This document shows, piece after piece, positions 45,397 to 54,155 of a stretch of DNA of 64,000 nt. The notes below the pieces were generated by a model. That model was not told where the DNA came from. It saw only the letters and a program-made list of their open reading frames with translations, and made no database searches. Each line of letters begins with the position of its first letter. The stretch's first letter is position 1. The translations under genes and the position numbers were made by a program. Source of the DNA: Candidatus Peribacter sp. (GTDB lineage Bacteria; Patescibacteriota; Gracilibacteria; Peribacterales; Peribacteraceae); contig JAUSKD010000010.1 of NCBI GenBank assembly GCA_030647195.1, positions 197 through 64,196 on the forward strand, read 5' to 3'.

Positions 45397-45742
45397 ACCT
45401 CCGCTCATAATCCGCCTTCTGGTACGCCGTGCCGGATTGAAGCTTCTCTTTCTCCGCCTTCTGGATCTGTCCTTCTTTGTCCCACTGCGCCTTCTTCACG
45501 CACCAGTTGCCGAATCGAAGCGCGGTGAAAGTGGTCTTGCCCTTGCTCAGGCACCAGTCAATGCAGCGGTCCACCTCGGCGGTCATTCCCTGCACACGGC
45601 CGTAATAGCGATGCACCGTCAGATAGAAATGTTTCGGCTCGCATTTCTCACACTTCAGCCCCACGAGCGCGCAGGCATCTTTGGCATGCTGCGAAAGCTG
45701 CTCAGCAAGGCTCAACTCTGTGCTCGAAAGTTCGATGGGCAT
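45380..45742 (-). CDS. hypothetical Cys-containing protein
   Basis: 120-aa ORF with coding-like composition. I recognise no family. Its 3' end overlaps the hydrolase 3' end by 17 nt. Confidence 0.5.
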   Translation of the reverse strand: MPIELSSTELSLAEQLSQHAKDACALVGLKCEKCEPKHFYLTVHRYYGRVQGMTAEVDRCIDWCLSKGKTTFTALRFGNWCVKKAQWDKEGQIQKAEKEKLQSGTAYQKADYERRFTMQR

Positions 45743-45917
45743 AGTGCCGATTCATACTATGGCAAAGCACTCGTGTGAAACAAGCTTCTCAGCGCGATTG
45801 GAATGATTGGCACACTGAAGCCAATGTCCAGTACTCCGCTCTGTTTCGAGGCGTAGAACAAGTGACATTGTGCCGCGGGACTGTACAATCCCTGATTAAT
45901 ACGTTCCCCCATCTCTC

Positions 45918-47135
45918 ATGAAGCGTCTGCTCTCCTCCTTCTTCCTCACTGCCCTTCTGTCTACGCTCACCTTGCCCGCCCTTGCGGCGACGCTCAAGGC
46001 TGGCGAGACCGTCAAAGTGACGACACCCATCAGTGACAATGCGTATGTCATCGGCGGGCAGGTCACGGTGGATCAGCCGGTTTTGAAGGATCTGGTGGTC
46101 GCAGGCGGAAACGTCCTCGTCAAATCGAACGTGAAAGAGGATGTCCTCGCGGCGGGCGGAACGGTGTTCGTGCAGGGGAACATCGGGGGCGACGTGCGCA
46201 TCGCGGGAGGCAACCTGGTGATCGGAGGGACGATCGGCGGTGATCTGGTTGCCGCAGGCGGCTCGGTCACGCTTCTGGACGGCTCGTCGGTCTTGGGCGA
46301 CCTCTGGATGGGCGGGGGTGACCTCAACCTTGGCGGAACGGTGGGGGGCGACCTGCAGGTGCGCGGCGGAGTTATCCGCATGGGGAGCATCGTGAAGGGC
46401 GATGTCGACATTCAGGGAGAAGACATCAGCATCTCCGGATCCGTGGATGGTTCCGCAGTGCTGGCAGCGAAGACCATCACGCTGGATCCCCGGGCCAAGC
46501 TGATGCGCGACGTGCGCTACTGGAGCGCGCTTGGTGAGAAACAGTTTGCTGCGACAAAATCACAGATCCGCGGGACGGTGACGTATGATCCGACCTTGCT
46601 GCCGCTTCAGGGAAAGCAATTCGAAAAGGCAGGCAAGATGACGGGCGCGGGCATCATTGTGGCGATCATCGGCGTGGGCGGCTTCCTCCTCCTCTCCGCA
46701 ACGCTGATCATCCTGCTCGTGGTGCTCCTGACGAAGACCTTCTTCGCCGACTCGGCCAAATTCCTGTCGAAGAAGACCTGGACGAGCTTCCTGTACGGAT
46801 TCCTCTTCTTCGCTGCGACCCCCGTGGCGGCCTTCCTCTTTCTCATTTCCATCATCGGGATCCCGATCGCGCTCTTCATCGGATTCCTGTATGTCTTTGC
46901 CATCTTGTTCGCCAATCCCATCACGGCGATCGTGCTGGCCCGCACGCTGGAGATGAGACGCGGCGCCAAGTGGGGCAAACCCATGATCATCCTCGTGAGC
47001 GTGCTCTTCTACCTCGCGCTGAAGATTGTCCACTTGATCCCGATCGTTGGCTGGATGGTCTGCTTCGTGACGGTGCTCTTCGCCTACGGCGCGGTGATGG
47101 CCACCAAGTGGTCAAAGTGGACGAAGGTGCGGTAA
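45918..47135 (+). CDS. membrane protein with extracytoplasmic bactofilin-like beta-helix repeats
   Basis: Signal peptide, then repeated GG(N/D)(V/L)xVxGxIGGD(L/V) units (VVAGGNVLV, AAGGTVFVQGNIGGDV, IAGGNLVIGGTIGGDL and others). The C-terminal half has about 5 TM segments. Confidence 0.65.
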   Translation: MKRLLSSFFLTALLSTLTLPALAATLKAGETVKVTTPISDNAYVIGGQVTVDQPVLKDLVVAGGNVLVKSNVKEDVLAAGGTVFVQGNIGGDVRIAGGNLVIGGTIGGDLVAAGGSVTLLDGSSVLGDLWMGGGDLNLGGTVGGDLQVRGGVIRMGSIVKGDVDIQGEDISISGSVDGSAVLAAKTITLDPRAKLMRDVRYWSALGEKQFAATKSQIRGTVTYDPTLLPLQGKQFEKAGKMTGAGIIVAIIGVGGFLLLSATLIILLVVLLTKTFFADSAKFLSKKTWTSFLYGFLFFAATPVAAFLFLISIIGIPIALFIGFLYVFAILFANPITAIVLARTLEMRRGAKWGKPMIILVSVLFYLALKIVHLIPIVGWMVCFVTVLFAYGAVMATKWSKWTKVR

Positions 47136-47144
47136 TAATGAATG

Positions 47145-47173
47145 TTTGCAGCCGGGGTTCATGAACCCCGGCT
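47145..47173. repeat. 29-nt palindromic element, copy 2
   Basis: Identical to 28075-28103. The stop codon and last codons (..SRGS*) of the methyltransferase gene lie inside it. Confidence 0.85.
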
Positions 47174-47620
47174 GCGGATGTGGTGCAGCGCGATCCCGGC
47201 TGCCACCGCAACGTTGAGCGACTCCTTCTTGCCGTGCATCGGGATGTGCACGACTGCATCACACAGCTTGAGGAGCTCTTTCGGAACGCCCAATACTTCG
47301 TGACCGAGGATCAGGCATGCTTTTGACGGCGGCACGTATGCCTGAAGATCGACTGCTCCCCTCGCCTGCTCCAGTGCGACAATCGTGAACCCCTGCTTCT
47401 TGAGCTTCGCGATGACCTTCACCGGATCTTCCGCTTTCTCCCACGAAACGAATTCTTCGGCTCCAAGAGCCGTCTTGCTGATTTCGCGTCGCGAAGGTGC
47501 GGCCGTGTATCCGGTGAGAAACATCTTCTCAATATTGAAGGAATCGGACGTTCGGAAGAGCGAACCCACGTTCCAGAGAGAACGGATATTGTGAGCCAAA
47601 ACGACAATGCGGCGCTGCAT
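47159..47620 (-). CDS. SpoU/TrmH-family RNA 2'-O-methyltransferase
   Basis: 153 aa with NIRSLWNVGSLFRTSD, LILGHEVLGV, and IPMHGKKESLNVAVAAGIALH (the SPOUT knot motifs). Confidence 0.8.
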   Translation of the reverse strand: MQRRIVVLAHNIRSLWNVGSLFRTSDSFNIEKMFLTGYTAAPSRREISKTALGAEEFVSWEKAEDPVKVIAKLKKQGFTIVALEQARGAVDLQAYVPPSKACLILGHEVLGVPKELLKLCDAVVHIPMHGKKESLNVAVAAGIALHHIRSRGS

Positions 47621-47712
47621 ACGATTACTTTATACCATTTCAGAGTGCCCTCTAGAGCATTGACGGGGAAAGGCCGTTCCTGTAAAGAAATTGATCCTTT
47701 CTCCCTCTTTTT

Positions 47713-48591
47713 ATGCCCAGTCCACGCAAATTCCAAAAGCAGCAGAAGACGATGGAATCATTCGCGCGCGTCGCGAAGGCTGTCTCTCTCCTGGCGGCAA
47801 CGGGCATGAGCAGGACAAAAGGTCCACTGGAGGCAGCGAAGGCCTATACCGACAGGATGGCACAGATGATGCGCACGCTTCTTTCGGAGGAAGGGCTCGC
47901 CTCGCAGATAGCGTCTCTTCGGCAGGAGCAACGATCGGCACTGGTGCTCGTGCTTGGCGCTGACAAGGGGCTCTGCGGCGGCTATCACGCAAATCTGACG
48001 AAAGTGGCGGGCCCGCACATTCAGACGCTGCGTCAGCAGGTGCCCGATGTGCACGTCGAAGTCTTCGGTAAACGGACAGGACGCCTGATGCGAGCGCAAC
48101 AGATGGAGCCTGAGATCGTGCGGGAACGTGGCACCAAAACGCCGACGCTGAACGACGTGCTTCCGGATGCCGATCGGTACTGGGCCGCTTTCCAGGGAGG
48201 AAAAGTGGATCGTGTTGACGTCGCCTACACGCACTACGGCAATGCCACAACGATCAAACCGGTCGTGGAAACGCTGCTCCCCATCCAACCTGTCTTTGAT
48301 CAGGAAGACATGCAGGATGATCAATCGGACAGAATGGATTTCTACCCATCGCGCGAGGATCTGCTCTCAAGCATGCTCCTTCCCTACTATCAGGCGCGCT
48401 TCTACACGCTGTTTCTCGAAGCCACACTCTGCGAGCAGAAGGCGCGCATGGAACGCATGAGTGCGGCAAAATCCAGTGCGGAAAAGCGCGGCAAGAAATA
48501 TGGCCAACAGTACCGCAGGGCACGGCAGGGCAAAATCACGAACGAGCTGCTGGAGCTCACGAGTGGCGCCGATGCGGTGAGCGAGCAATGA
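47713..48591 (+). CDS. atpG: F-type ATP synthase gamma subunit (isolated from other atp genes)
   Basis: N-terminal FQKQQKTMESFARVAKAVSLLAATGMSR, GADKGLCGG, and C-terminal EQKARMERMSAAKSSAEK...YRRARQGKITNELLELTSGADAV. These parallel E. coli AtpG (DRGLCGG ... SEQAARMVAM ... RQASITQELTEIVSGAAAV). Confidence 0.8.
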   Translation: MPSPRKFQKQQKTMESFARVAKAVSLLAATGMSRTKGPLEAAKAYTDRMAQMMRTLLSEEGLASQIASLRQEQRSALVLVLGADKGLCGGYHANLTKVAGPHIQTLRQQVPDVHVEVFGKRTGRLMRAQQMEPEIVRERGTKTPTLNDVLPDADRYWAAFQGGKVDRVDVAYTHYGNATTIKPVVETLLPIQPVFDQEDMQDDQSDRMDFYPSREDLLSSMLLPYYQARFYTLFLEATLCEQKARMERMSAAKSSAEKRGKKYGQQYRRARQGKITNELLELTSGADAVSEQ

Positions 48592-48596
48592 GGGAA

Positions 48597-49838
48597 TCAG
48601 GACATCCGTTCCAACGTGCTCGCATGGGGATTGGCAAAGACCTCCAGCACTTCGCGCCGAAGGATCTCCTGCTCTTTGACTCCACGGCAGATGTAGCAGA
48701 CGCCTGTTTCACTCCCCTTCCCCAGTGTGGCCGCGCCCGTATCCGGCTCGTCCCGCCGAAGAAGCGTCACCGCTTCTGTCAGAGGGGACTTCTGTGCAGG
48801 AACCAGTTTCTTCTCGTTGATCTCCCACCGATAAAATGTCCCGCCCTGTCGCACGAGTGCCGTCTCTTTGTTGGGATTAAAGAACGACAAACGTGAAAGA
48901 AGCTCCTCCGGCTTCGTCTTGCCCGGCGACAGGTACTTGAGTTGCGTGAGCCTGAGTCCCGGAACAAGCCGGTGCGCCGCCTGCTCCACCGTCCGCTCCT
49001 CGTTATTGGTGATGATCGTACCGACGAAGATCTCGACCGGGCGTGGTGGTCTGGAACCAACCTCCCATTGTTCCGACGTTTCTTTCTTTCCTGCCATTTC
49101 TTTCTTTCCTGCCTTCCGTCCCTCAATCCACCGTTTCATCGACTCGAAATACGGCAACCCGTTCTCCGTGCGCTCCGGATGCGGCATAAGGGCTACGACA
49201 TTCCCGGCAGGATTGCAGATCCCCGCAATGGCGAATGCGGAACCGTTCGGGGTCACGACAGGATCCTCCGAGACTTTTCCCGCGGCAGAGCAGTACGAGA
49301 ACACCATCTGATCATTCTTCTTGAGCTCCTCCCACACATCCTTGTCCTTGGTCGTGAAACGTCCTTCGCCGTGCGCAATCGGCAGGTGCATGGCTCCCGT
49401 CCAGTCGGAAGTCGCGCAACGATCGCGCTTGCAGGTCGGCGTGATCCACACCCACTCGTTGATGAAGCCCACGGCCTGATCGTTGAGGGCATTGCGCGCC
49501 AGGCTCATCTTGAGTCCTTGATTGAGCGGAATGAGCCCGCTCTCCACCAGAATCTGCGCGCCGTTGCAGTTGCCAATGATCACTTTGCCACGCTCATTCT
49601 CCTCGTGGAGAAACGTGAGCAAGGGATCGCGCGCCGCCACCATGCCCGACCGGCCGCGGTCCTCGTAGCTGAAACCGCCGGGGACGAAGTACCCGTCAAT
49701 GTCTTTGAGCTTCTCTTGGGAATCGTTCCACTTGAAGAACACCGCTTCCATGCCTGCCTGCTTCACTGCCCGAAGCGATTCCACTTCGCAGTTGTTGCCG
49801 GGAAAGGAAAGGACGGCGATACGAGGATATGTTGCCAC
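48597..49838 (-). CDS. purQ: phosphoribosylformylglycinamidine synthase glutaminase subunit PurQ with about 150-aa C-terminal PurS-like extension
   Basis: RIAVLSFPGNNCE, GGFSYED, GNCNGAQIL (nucleophile Cys), and MPHPER (His). The C-terminal part ends ..EVLEVFANPHASTLE, resembling PurS ..LLANPVIE... I chose GTG c49838 (MATYPRIAVL) because TACAAT lies 6 nt upstream. The track starts at TTG c49871. Confidence 0.75.
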   Translation of the reverse strand: MATYPRIAVLSFPGNNCEVESLRAVKQAGMEAVFFKWNDSQEKLKDIDGYFVPGGFSYEDRGRSGMVAARDPLLTFLHEENERGKVIIGNCNGAQILVESGLIPLNQGLKMSLARNALNDQAVGFINEWVWITPTCKRDRCATSDWTGAMHLPIAHGEGRFTTKDKDVWEELKKNDQMVFSYCSAAGKVSEDPVVTPNGSAFAIAGICNPAGNVVALMPHPERTENGLPYFESMKRWIEGRKAGKKEMAGKKETSEQWEVGSRPPRPVEIFVGTIITNNEERTVEQAAHRLVPGLRLTQLKYLSPGKTKPEELLSRLSFFNPNKETALVRQGGTFYRWEINEKKLVPAQKSPLTEAVTLLRRDEPDTGAATLGKGSETGVCYICRGVKEQEILRREVLEVFANPHASTLERMS

Positions 49839-49970
49839 ATACGCATTGTAACAGCTTGTCTCAAACTTCAATAATCATCGCGAAGGCAAGCTCCGCTTGC
49901 CTGGAGCGATACCTTGAAGGGAAAGAGGGTCCGTGGGAGGAAACCGACAAGGTTTCCTTCCACGCAATCG

Positions 49971-50046
49971 TGGTACCCCCGGCAGGACTCGAACCTGCGG
50001 CCAACAGGTTAGAAACCTGCTGCTCTATCCACTGAGCTACGGGGGC
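49971..50046 (-). tRNA. tRNA-Arg (anticodon UCU), CCA encoded
   Basis: Reverse complement is GCCCCCGUAGCUCAGUGGAUAGAGCAGCAGGUUUCUAACCUGUUGGCCGCAGGUUCGAGUCCUGCCGGGGGUACCA, with anticodon loop UUUCUAA. Confidence 0.9.
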
Positions 50047-50127
50047 ACGCGGACAGTTGTTAGTAGAAATTATAGCAGAGAATTCCTCTTCCTTCAGCCC
50101 CACCTCACCCGCTATACTTTCGTACCG

Positions 50128-50835
50128 ATGAAGTACAAAAGAATCATGCTCAAGATCTCGGGCGAAGCGCTCGCAGGAGATCGTGGTTTTGGCATAGAGC
50201 ACAAGACCCTGCAAAAGATCGCCAAGCGCATTGCCGAGGTCGCCAAGAAGGATATCGAGATGGCAGTCGTCATCGGCGGCGGCAACATCTGGCGCTACCG
50301 CGACACAATGGAAAGCGGCATCGAACGGACATCGAGTGACGCCATGGGCATGCTGGCCACCGTGATGAACGCCGTTGCTTTGCAGTCCGCACTCGAAACA
50401 CAGGGCTGCTACACCCGCGTCCTCTCCGCCGTGGATATTCCGCAGCTCGCCGAGCCCTACATCCGCCGCCGCGCCGTGCGCCACTTGGAAAAGAGCCGCA
50501 TTGTCATCTGCGCGGGCGGCACCGGCAACCCCTACTTCACGACCGATTCCGCGGCGGCTCTGCGTGCGCTGGAACTGGGCTGTGACATCCTGCTCAAGGC
50601 CACGAACGTGGCAGGCGTGTACGACAAGGACCCGAAGAAGAGCCGCAGCGCCAAACTCTACGATGAGCTCACCTACCAGCAGGCCATCGAGCAGCACCTG
50701 AATGTCATGGATCAGGCCGCCTTCTCGCTCTGCGCAGACTCGAACCTGCCCATCCGCGTCTTCGACTTCAACAAAGAAGGCAACTTGCTCAAAGCGGCAA
50801 CGGGTGAGAAGATCGGCACCCTCGTGCACAGCTGA
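50128..50835 (+). CDS. pyrH: UMP kinase
   Basis: YKRIMLKISGEALAG, VVIGGGNIWRY, ICAGGTGNPYFTTDSAAALRA, and the conserved pyrH-frr gene order. ATG 50128 lies 9 nt after TATACT. Confidence 0.9.
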   Translation: MKYKRIMLKISGEALAGDRGFGIEHKTLQKIAKRIAEVAKKDIEMAVVIGGGNIWRYRDTMESGIERTSSDAMGMLATVMNAVALQSALETQGCYTRVLSAVDIPQLAEPYIRRRAVRHLEKSRIVICAGGTGNPYFTTDSAAALRALELGCDILLKATNVAGVYDKDPKKSRSAKLYDELTYQQAIEQHLNVMDQAAFSLCADSNLPIRVFDFNKEGNLLKAATGEKIGTLVHS

Positions 50836-50865
50836 ACCTCTCCCCCACTCTTCCCCCCTTATCGC

Positions 50866-51411
50866 ATGCCTACTCCACGCGTCGCGGCTTTTGGTACCGA
50901 ATCCGACAAAGTCCTCAAGTTCCTGCAGACGGAATTCAGCAAACTGCAGACCGGCCGGGCCTCGTCCGCACTCGTCGATCATCTGGAAGTGGAGGCCTAC
51001 GGGCACCGTCAGCAGCTCAAAACCCTCGCGGGCGTCACGGTGCAGGATGCGCGCAGTCTCGTCATCCAGCCGTGGGACAGATCCATCCTCGCCAATGTGG
51101 AGAAGGCGCTGCAGTTGGCGAACCTCGGCACCTCACCCGTAAATGACGGACAGGTGCTGCGCATCAACCTGCCCCCCATGAATGAGGAGCGGCGCAAGGA
51201 ACTCACCAAGGTGGTGCAGAAGCTTGCGGAGGAAGCCAAGATCACCCTGCGTCAGCATCGGCAGGCCGTGCTCGACAAGATCAAGACGGAGGAGAAAGAC
51301 GAAGACGCCCGCTTTACGCAGCAGGATGAAATCCAGAAGCTGGTGGACAAGGCAAATCTGCAGATCGAGGAACTGCGCAAGAAGAAAGAACAGGAGGTGA
51401 TGACGGTTTAA
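50866..51411 (+). CDS. frr: ribosome recycling factor
   Basis: 181 aa with LQTGRASSALVDHLEVEAYG, LGTSPVNDGQVLRINLPPMNEERRKEL, and a coiled-coil C-terminus. Confidence 0.9.
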   Translation: MPTPRVAAFGTESDKVLKFLQTEFSKLQTGRASSALVDHLEVEAYGHRQQLKTLAGVTVQDARSLVIQPWDRSILANVEKALQLANLGTSPVNDGQVLRINLPPMNEERRKELTKVVQKLAEEAKITLRQHRQAVLDKIKTEEKDEDARFTQQDEIQKLVDKANLQIEELRKKKEQEVMTV

Positions 51412-51446
51412 AAAAACCGCTCGTCGACACAAAGGAGGACGAGCAG
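51410..51446. terminator. bidirectional intrinsic terminator between frr and the RTX-like gene
   Basis: AAAAAAA-CCGCTCGTC-loop-GACGAGC(AG). On the minus strand the hairpin is followed by TTTTTTT. Confidence 0.65.
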
Positions 51447-51484
51447 TTTAACAGTCATTCGCGCGAATGGCTCTCAGAAAGGCG

Positions 51485-52981
51485 TTAGCAGTTCAGGGGA
51501 TCGACCCCGCCGCCGCCAGCGACCACGATCACTTCGATCTGGAACCCTGCACTGAGCAGGGCATTCCGGGTCAAGGTGTCAATCGTGAACGCAGACAACG
51601 AGGGCACCTCGACGCGCAAACTGGACGCGAAGAAGTGCAGTCCCCGGGCTTCGCCGGCGATGTCGACATAGGCCGGAACGCGGCCCAGAGGATCGACATA
51701 CGTCGATGAGGTGACGGTCACAGTGGTTCCACGGAGGAGCCACCATTGACCCCACGGGTCGTACTGCTGATCGACGGTGCTGATCGACGACCCGTCACCC
51801 TCGAGAAAATCCCCAGGGTTCTTGTCGTTGAAGCGGTCACCGAAGACGCCATCGAGGTGATACACGAAGTCGTTCTCCGTGCCTCCCCAGACCTGGTCCA
51901 ACCCGTCCCCTCCGGTGATCTGGTCACTGCCCGGCCCTCCGTAGAGCCAGTCATTGCCGTCATTGCCGAAGATGACATCGTTGGCATGGCCACCCTTCAA
52001 CGTGTCGTTCCCGCCCGCACCGTGCAACTCCGTGGTCCCTGCGAAGAGGGTCATATCCACGCAATCGTCGTATTGCGAGCCGTAGAACACGAAACGGGAG
52101 ACCCCCTCAACCGTCCACGTGGATCCGCTCCACGTAATGTTGACGGTCGTGGGACCAGTGGCAGTGATGCAAGCACCAGCACCCTGCTGGCTCCAGTCCA
52201 CCGTCAGCGTGCCAGACTGGATCGTCCACGGCGGGGTGACGCGGGTGGGATCAGGCGTGATCAAGATGTCAGGGGTCCGCCAGTCGTTATCAAGGCTCAG
52301 GGTATCCTCACCCGGCTGGTAGTAGTACCAATCCGAGACGTGACACCCGCCCACGTACCGGTCGTATCCCCATCCACCGTACAAGGCATCGGCTCCGCCG
52401 TCGCCGTTGAGGTAATCGTTCCCGCTCATGCCCTTGAGGGTATCGTTGCCATTACCCCCGTACAGGTAGTCATTGTTGGATCCTCCAACAATGAAATCGT
52501 TCCCATTATCCCCGTAAGCGTACAACTGTCCGGACCCAAACTGCTGGATCACGTCGTTGCCATCGCCTCCGCGGACGATGAGTTTGCCTGAGCCGTAGGC
52601 GGTGATGGTATCGTTCCCGCGATCGCCCTTCACCGTAACGGGAATGTTGACACCCGCTCCGATGACGATCGTGTCATTGCCTTTGTAGGCTTTGACCACG
52701 ATCGCGTTGATGGTCTTAGACGCCGGCGTTTGCCAGTGCGTCCCGTTGACGTTGAAGTCGATTGCGTTGGACGGCAATTTCTGGACGCTGATCGGGACGT
52801 TACTCGTGTACGTCTCCGTCAACGTTGCCGTCGTCCCGCTAATCTTCAGGGTGACTCCAGCGGACAACAAGTCCAGCTGTTCGAGGTTTTCAAACCTCGC
52901 GATTCGGGTCCGTGAGGACCCCGTCGAGCGCGAATCTTTGCGCTTCCGCTGAAACAACTTCAGCCTTTTCTCGCACACCAT
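51485..52981 (-). CDS. secreted protein with hemolysin-type (RTX) calcium-binding repeats
   Basis: It has GGDGNDVIQ, GDNGNDFIVGGSNNDYLYGGNGNDTLKGMSGNDYLNGDGGADALYGG, and GAGGNDTLKGGHANDVIFGNDGNDWLYGGPGSDQITGG. ATG c52981 is preceded by GAAGGAG with a 6-nt spacer. The N-terminus has a basic stretch followed by RFENLEQLDLLSA. Confidence 0.8.
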   Translation of the reverse strand: MVCEKRLKLFQRKRKDSRSTGSSRTRIARFENLEQLDLLSAGVTLKISGTTATLTETYTSNVPISVQKLPSNAIDFNVNGTHWQTPASKTINAIVVKAYKGNDTIVIGAGVNIPVTVKGDRGNDTITAYGSGKLIVRGGDGNDVIQQFGSGQLYAYGDNGNDFIVGGSNNDYLYGGNGNDTLKGMSGNDYLNGDGGADALYGGWGYDRYVGGCHVSDWYYYQPGEDTLSLDNDWRTPDILITPDPTRVTPPWTIQSGTLTVDWSQQGAGACITATGPTTVNITWSGSTWTVEGVSRFVFYGSQYDDCVDMTLFAGTTELHGAGGNDTLKGGHANDVIFGNDGNDWLYGGPGSDQITGGDGLDQVWGGTENDFVYHLDGVFGDRFNDKNPGDFLEGDGSSISTVDQQYDPWGQWWLLRGTTVTVTSSTYVDPLGRVPAYVDIAGEARGLHFFASSLRVEVPSLSAFTIDTLTRNALLSAGFQIEVIVVAGGGGVDPLNC

Positions 52982-53274
52982 AACGCACTCCTTCACACTT
53001 GTTTCCCATCGAACATAGACACCATTCCACCCCCCGGCTACATCCTCCTTTCTTTCTTTGAGAGCCGTTGTTTCGAATGACCGAGTGAACCGCTCACCCG
53101 TTCCAAAATCTCCTTTTATCATCGAAACAGGAGCGGAAAGGTAATCCTATGCTCTAAATCACCGATTTGCAATATTTTACTTAATGTTGTGTGGAGAACA
53201 ACAGGTCATCAAATTCTGAGGGCAATCCACAAATGGAGAGTGAATTTGAAGACATGCTAGAATGAAGGATCACC

Positions 53275-53499
53275 ATGGATCCGCTGCTCCCCTCTATCGC
53301 CTGGTCGGCAGTAATACTCCTCCTCGAGGGAATATTGTGGGCGCTCTTTCAACGACGCTTCTCGCAGATCGGCCTGCCGCCATCTGATCGCACGTTCTTC
53401 CACCTCTTCACGATCGGACGGATGCGCCTGTTCATCCTCTTCCACGCCATCGTGCTCTGCTCCCTTGCCTTCGTGACGCACTTCCTCCTCTGGGCATGA
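53275..53499 (+). CDS. hypothetical small 2-TM membrane protein
   Basis: 74 aa. AAGGA lies 5 nt upstream of the ATG. Its stop overlaps the next start (ATGA), which suggests translational coupling. Confidence 0.5.
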   Translation: MDPLLPSIAWSAVILLLEGILWALFQRRFSQIGLPPSDRTFFHLFTIGRMRLFILFHAIVLCSLAFVTHFLLWA

Positions 53500-54071
53500 G
53501 CACTGCGCCCTCGACCGCCGGCTTCACCTTTCAGGGCAAGGACCAGGACGAGGAGTTTCAGTTCTACTTCCACCAGCATTGGATCCGGCTGCTCTGGCCC
53601 ATCACGCGGCTCATCATCTTAAACCTCTTCATGGTCGGCATTGGGGTGGTGATCCTCTTCTCAACGCAGTTCGCCGACCCTATCAGCCGCCGGACGATCC
53701 TGACCATTCTCACCGTGTTCGCTCTCATCCTGCACTTCGAGTTTCTCGTGCGCTTCTACTGCTACCTCCTCTACATCATCATCGTCACGGACAAGCGCGT
53801 GCACCGGATCAAGAAGACGCTCATCACCACCGACGATCACGAATCCACCGATCTGTGGGTGCTGCAGGACATTCACAAGAGGCAGCGCGGGCTTGTCCAG
53901 AATCTGTTCGGATACGGCAGCCTGATCCTGCAGGCACAGGAAACAGAGATACGCATACACTTCACACCCGCAATCAACAGACGCTACGAGGCACTGACCC
54001 GTTTGCGTGAACAGGCCCGGTCGTACATCAATCGTCAGGGAGAGGGAAGGTGGAAATCAGCATCACAGTAA
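53496..54071 (+). CDS. membrane protein with bacterial PH (YdbS/YdbT-like) domain
   Basis: FYFHQHWIRLLWP, two TM segments, then VTDKRVHRIKK...GYGSLILQAQETEIRIHF. It is a paralogue of 29074-29694. Confidence 0.6.
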   Translation: MSTAPSTAGFTFQGKDQDEEFQFYFHQHWIRLLWPITRLIILNLFMVGIGVVILFSTQFADPISRRTILTILTVFALILHFEFLVRFYCYLLYIIIVTDKRVHRIKKTLITTDDHESTDLWVLQDIHKRQRGLVQNLFGYGSLILQAQETEIRIHFTPAINRRYEALTRLREQARSYINRQGEGRWKSASQ

Positions 54072-54155
54072 TTTGCCCATCAGAACACAACCGAAAGTTT
54101 CGTCAGTGCATCTTCCTTCACAGAGAGGGAACGCGGGTGGTACAAATCCGTTCCT

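Noticed and set aside
44606-45742. Integrated prophage or genomic island at tRNA-Pro.
   Set aside because: No integrase, excisionase or phage structural genes are present. The duplicated segment is the 5' part of the tRNA and only about 65 nt away. The locus is kept only as a possible recombination scar (see findings).
49861-51006. 381-aa minus-strand ORF spanning tRNA-Arg, pyrH and the start of frr; similarly 55182-56447 (421 aa) opposite pyk, 40631-41821 and 38539-39276 opposite the Cys-repeat genes, and 56927-57958 opposite the 56822 gene.
   Set aside because: Each overlaps a gene with clear family motifs on the other strand and has no motifs of its own. One would run through a tRNA gene.
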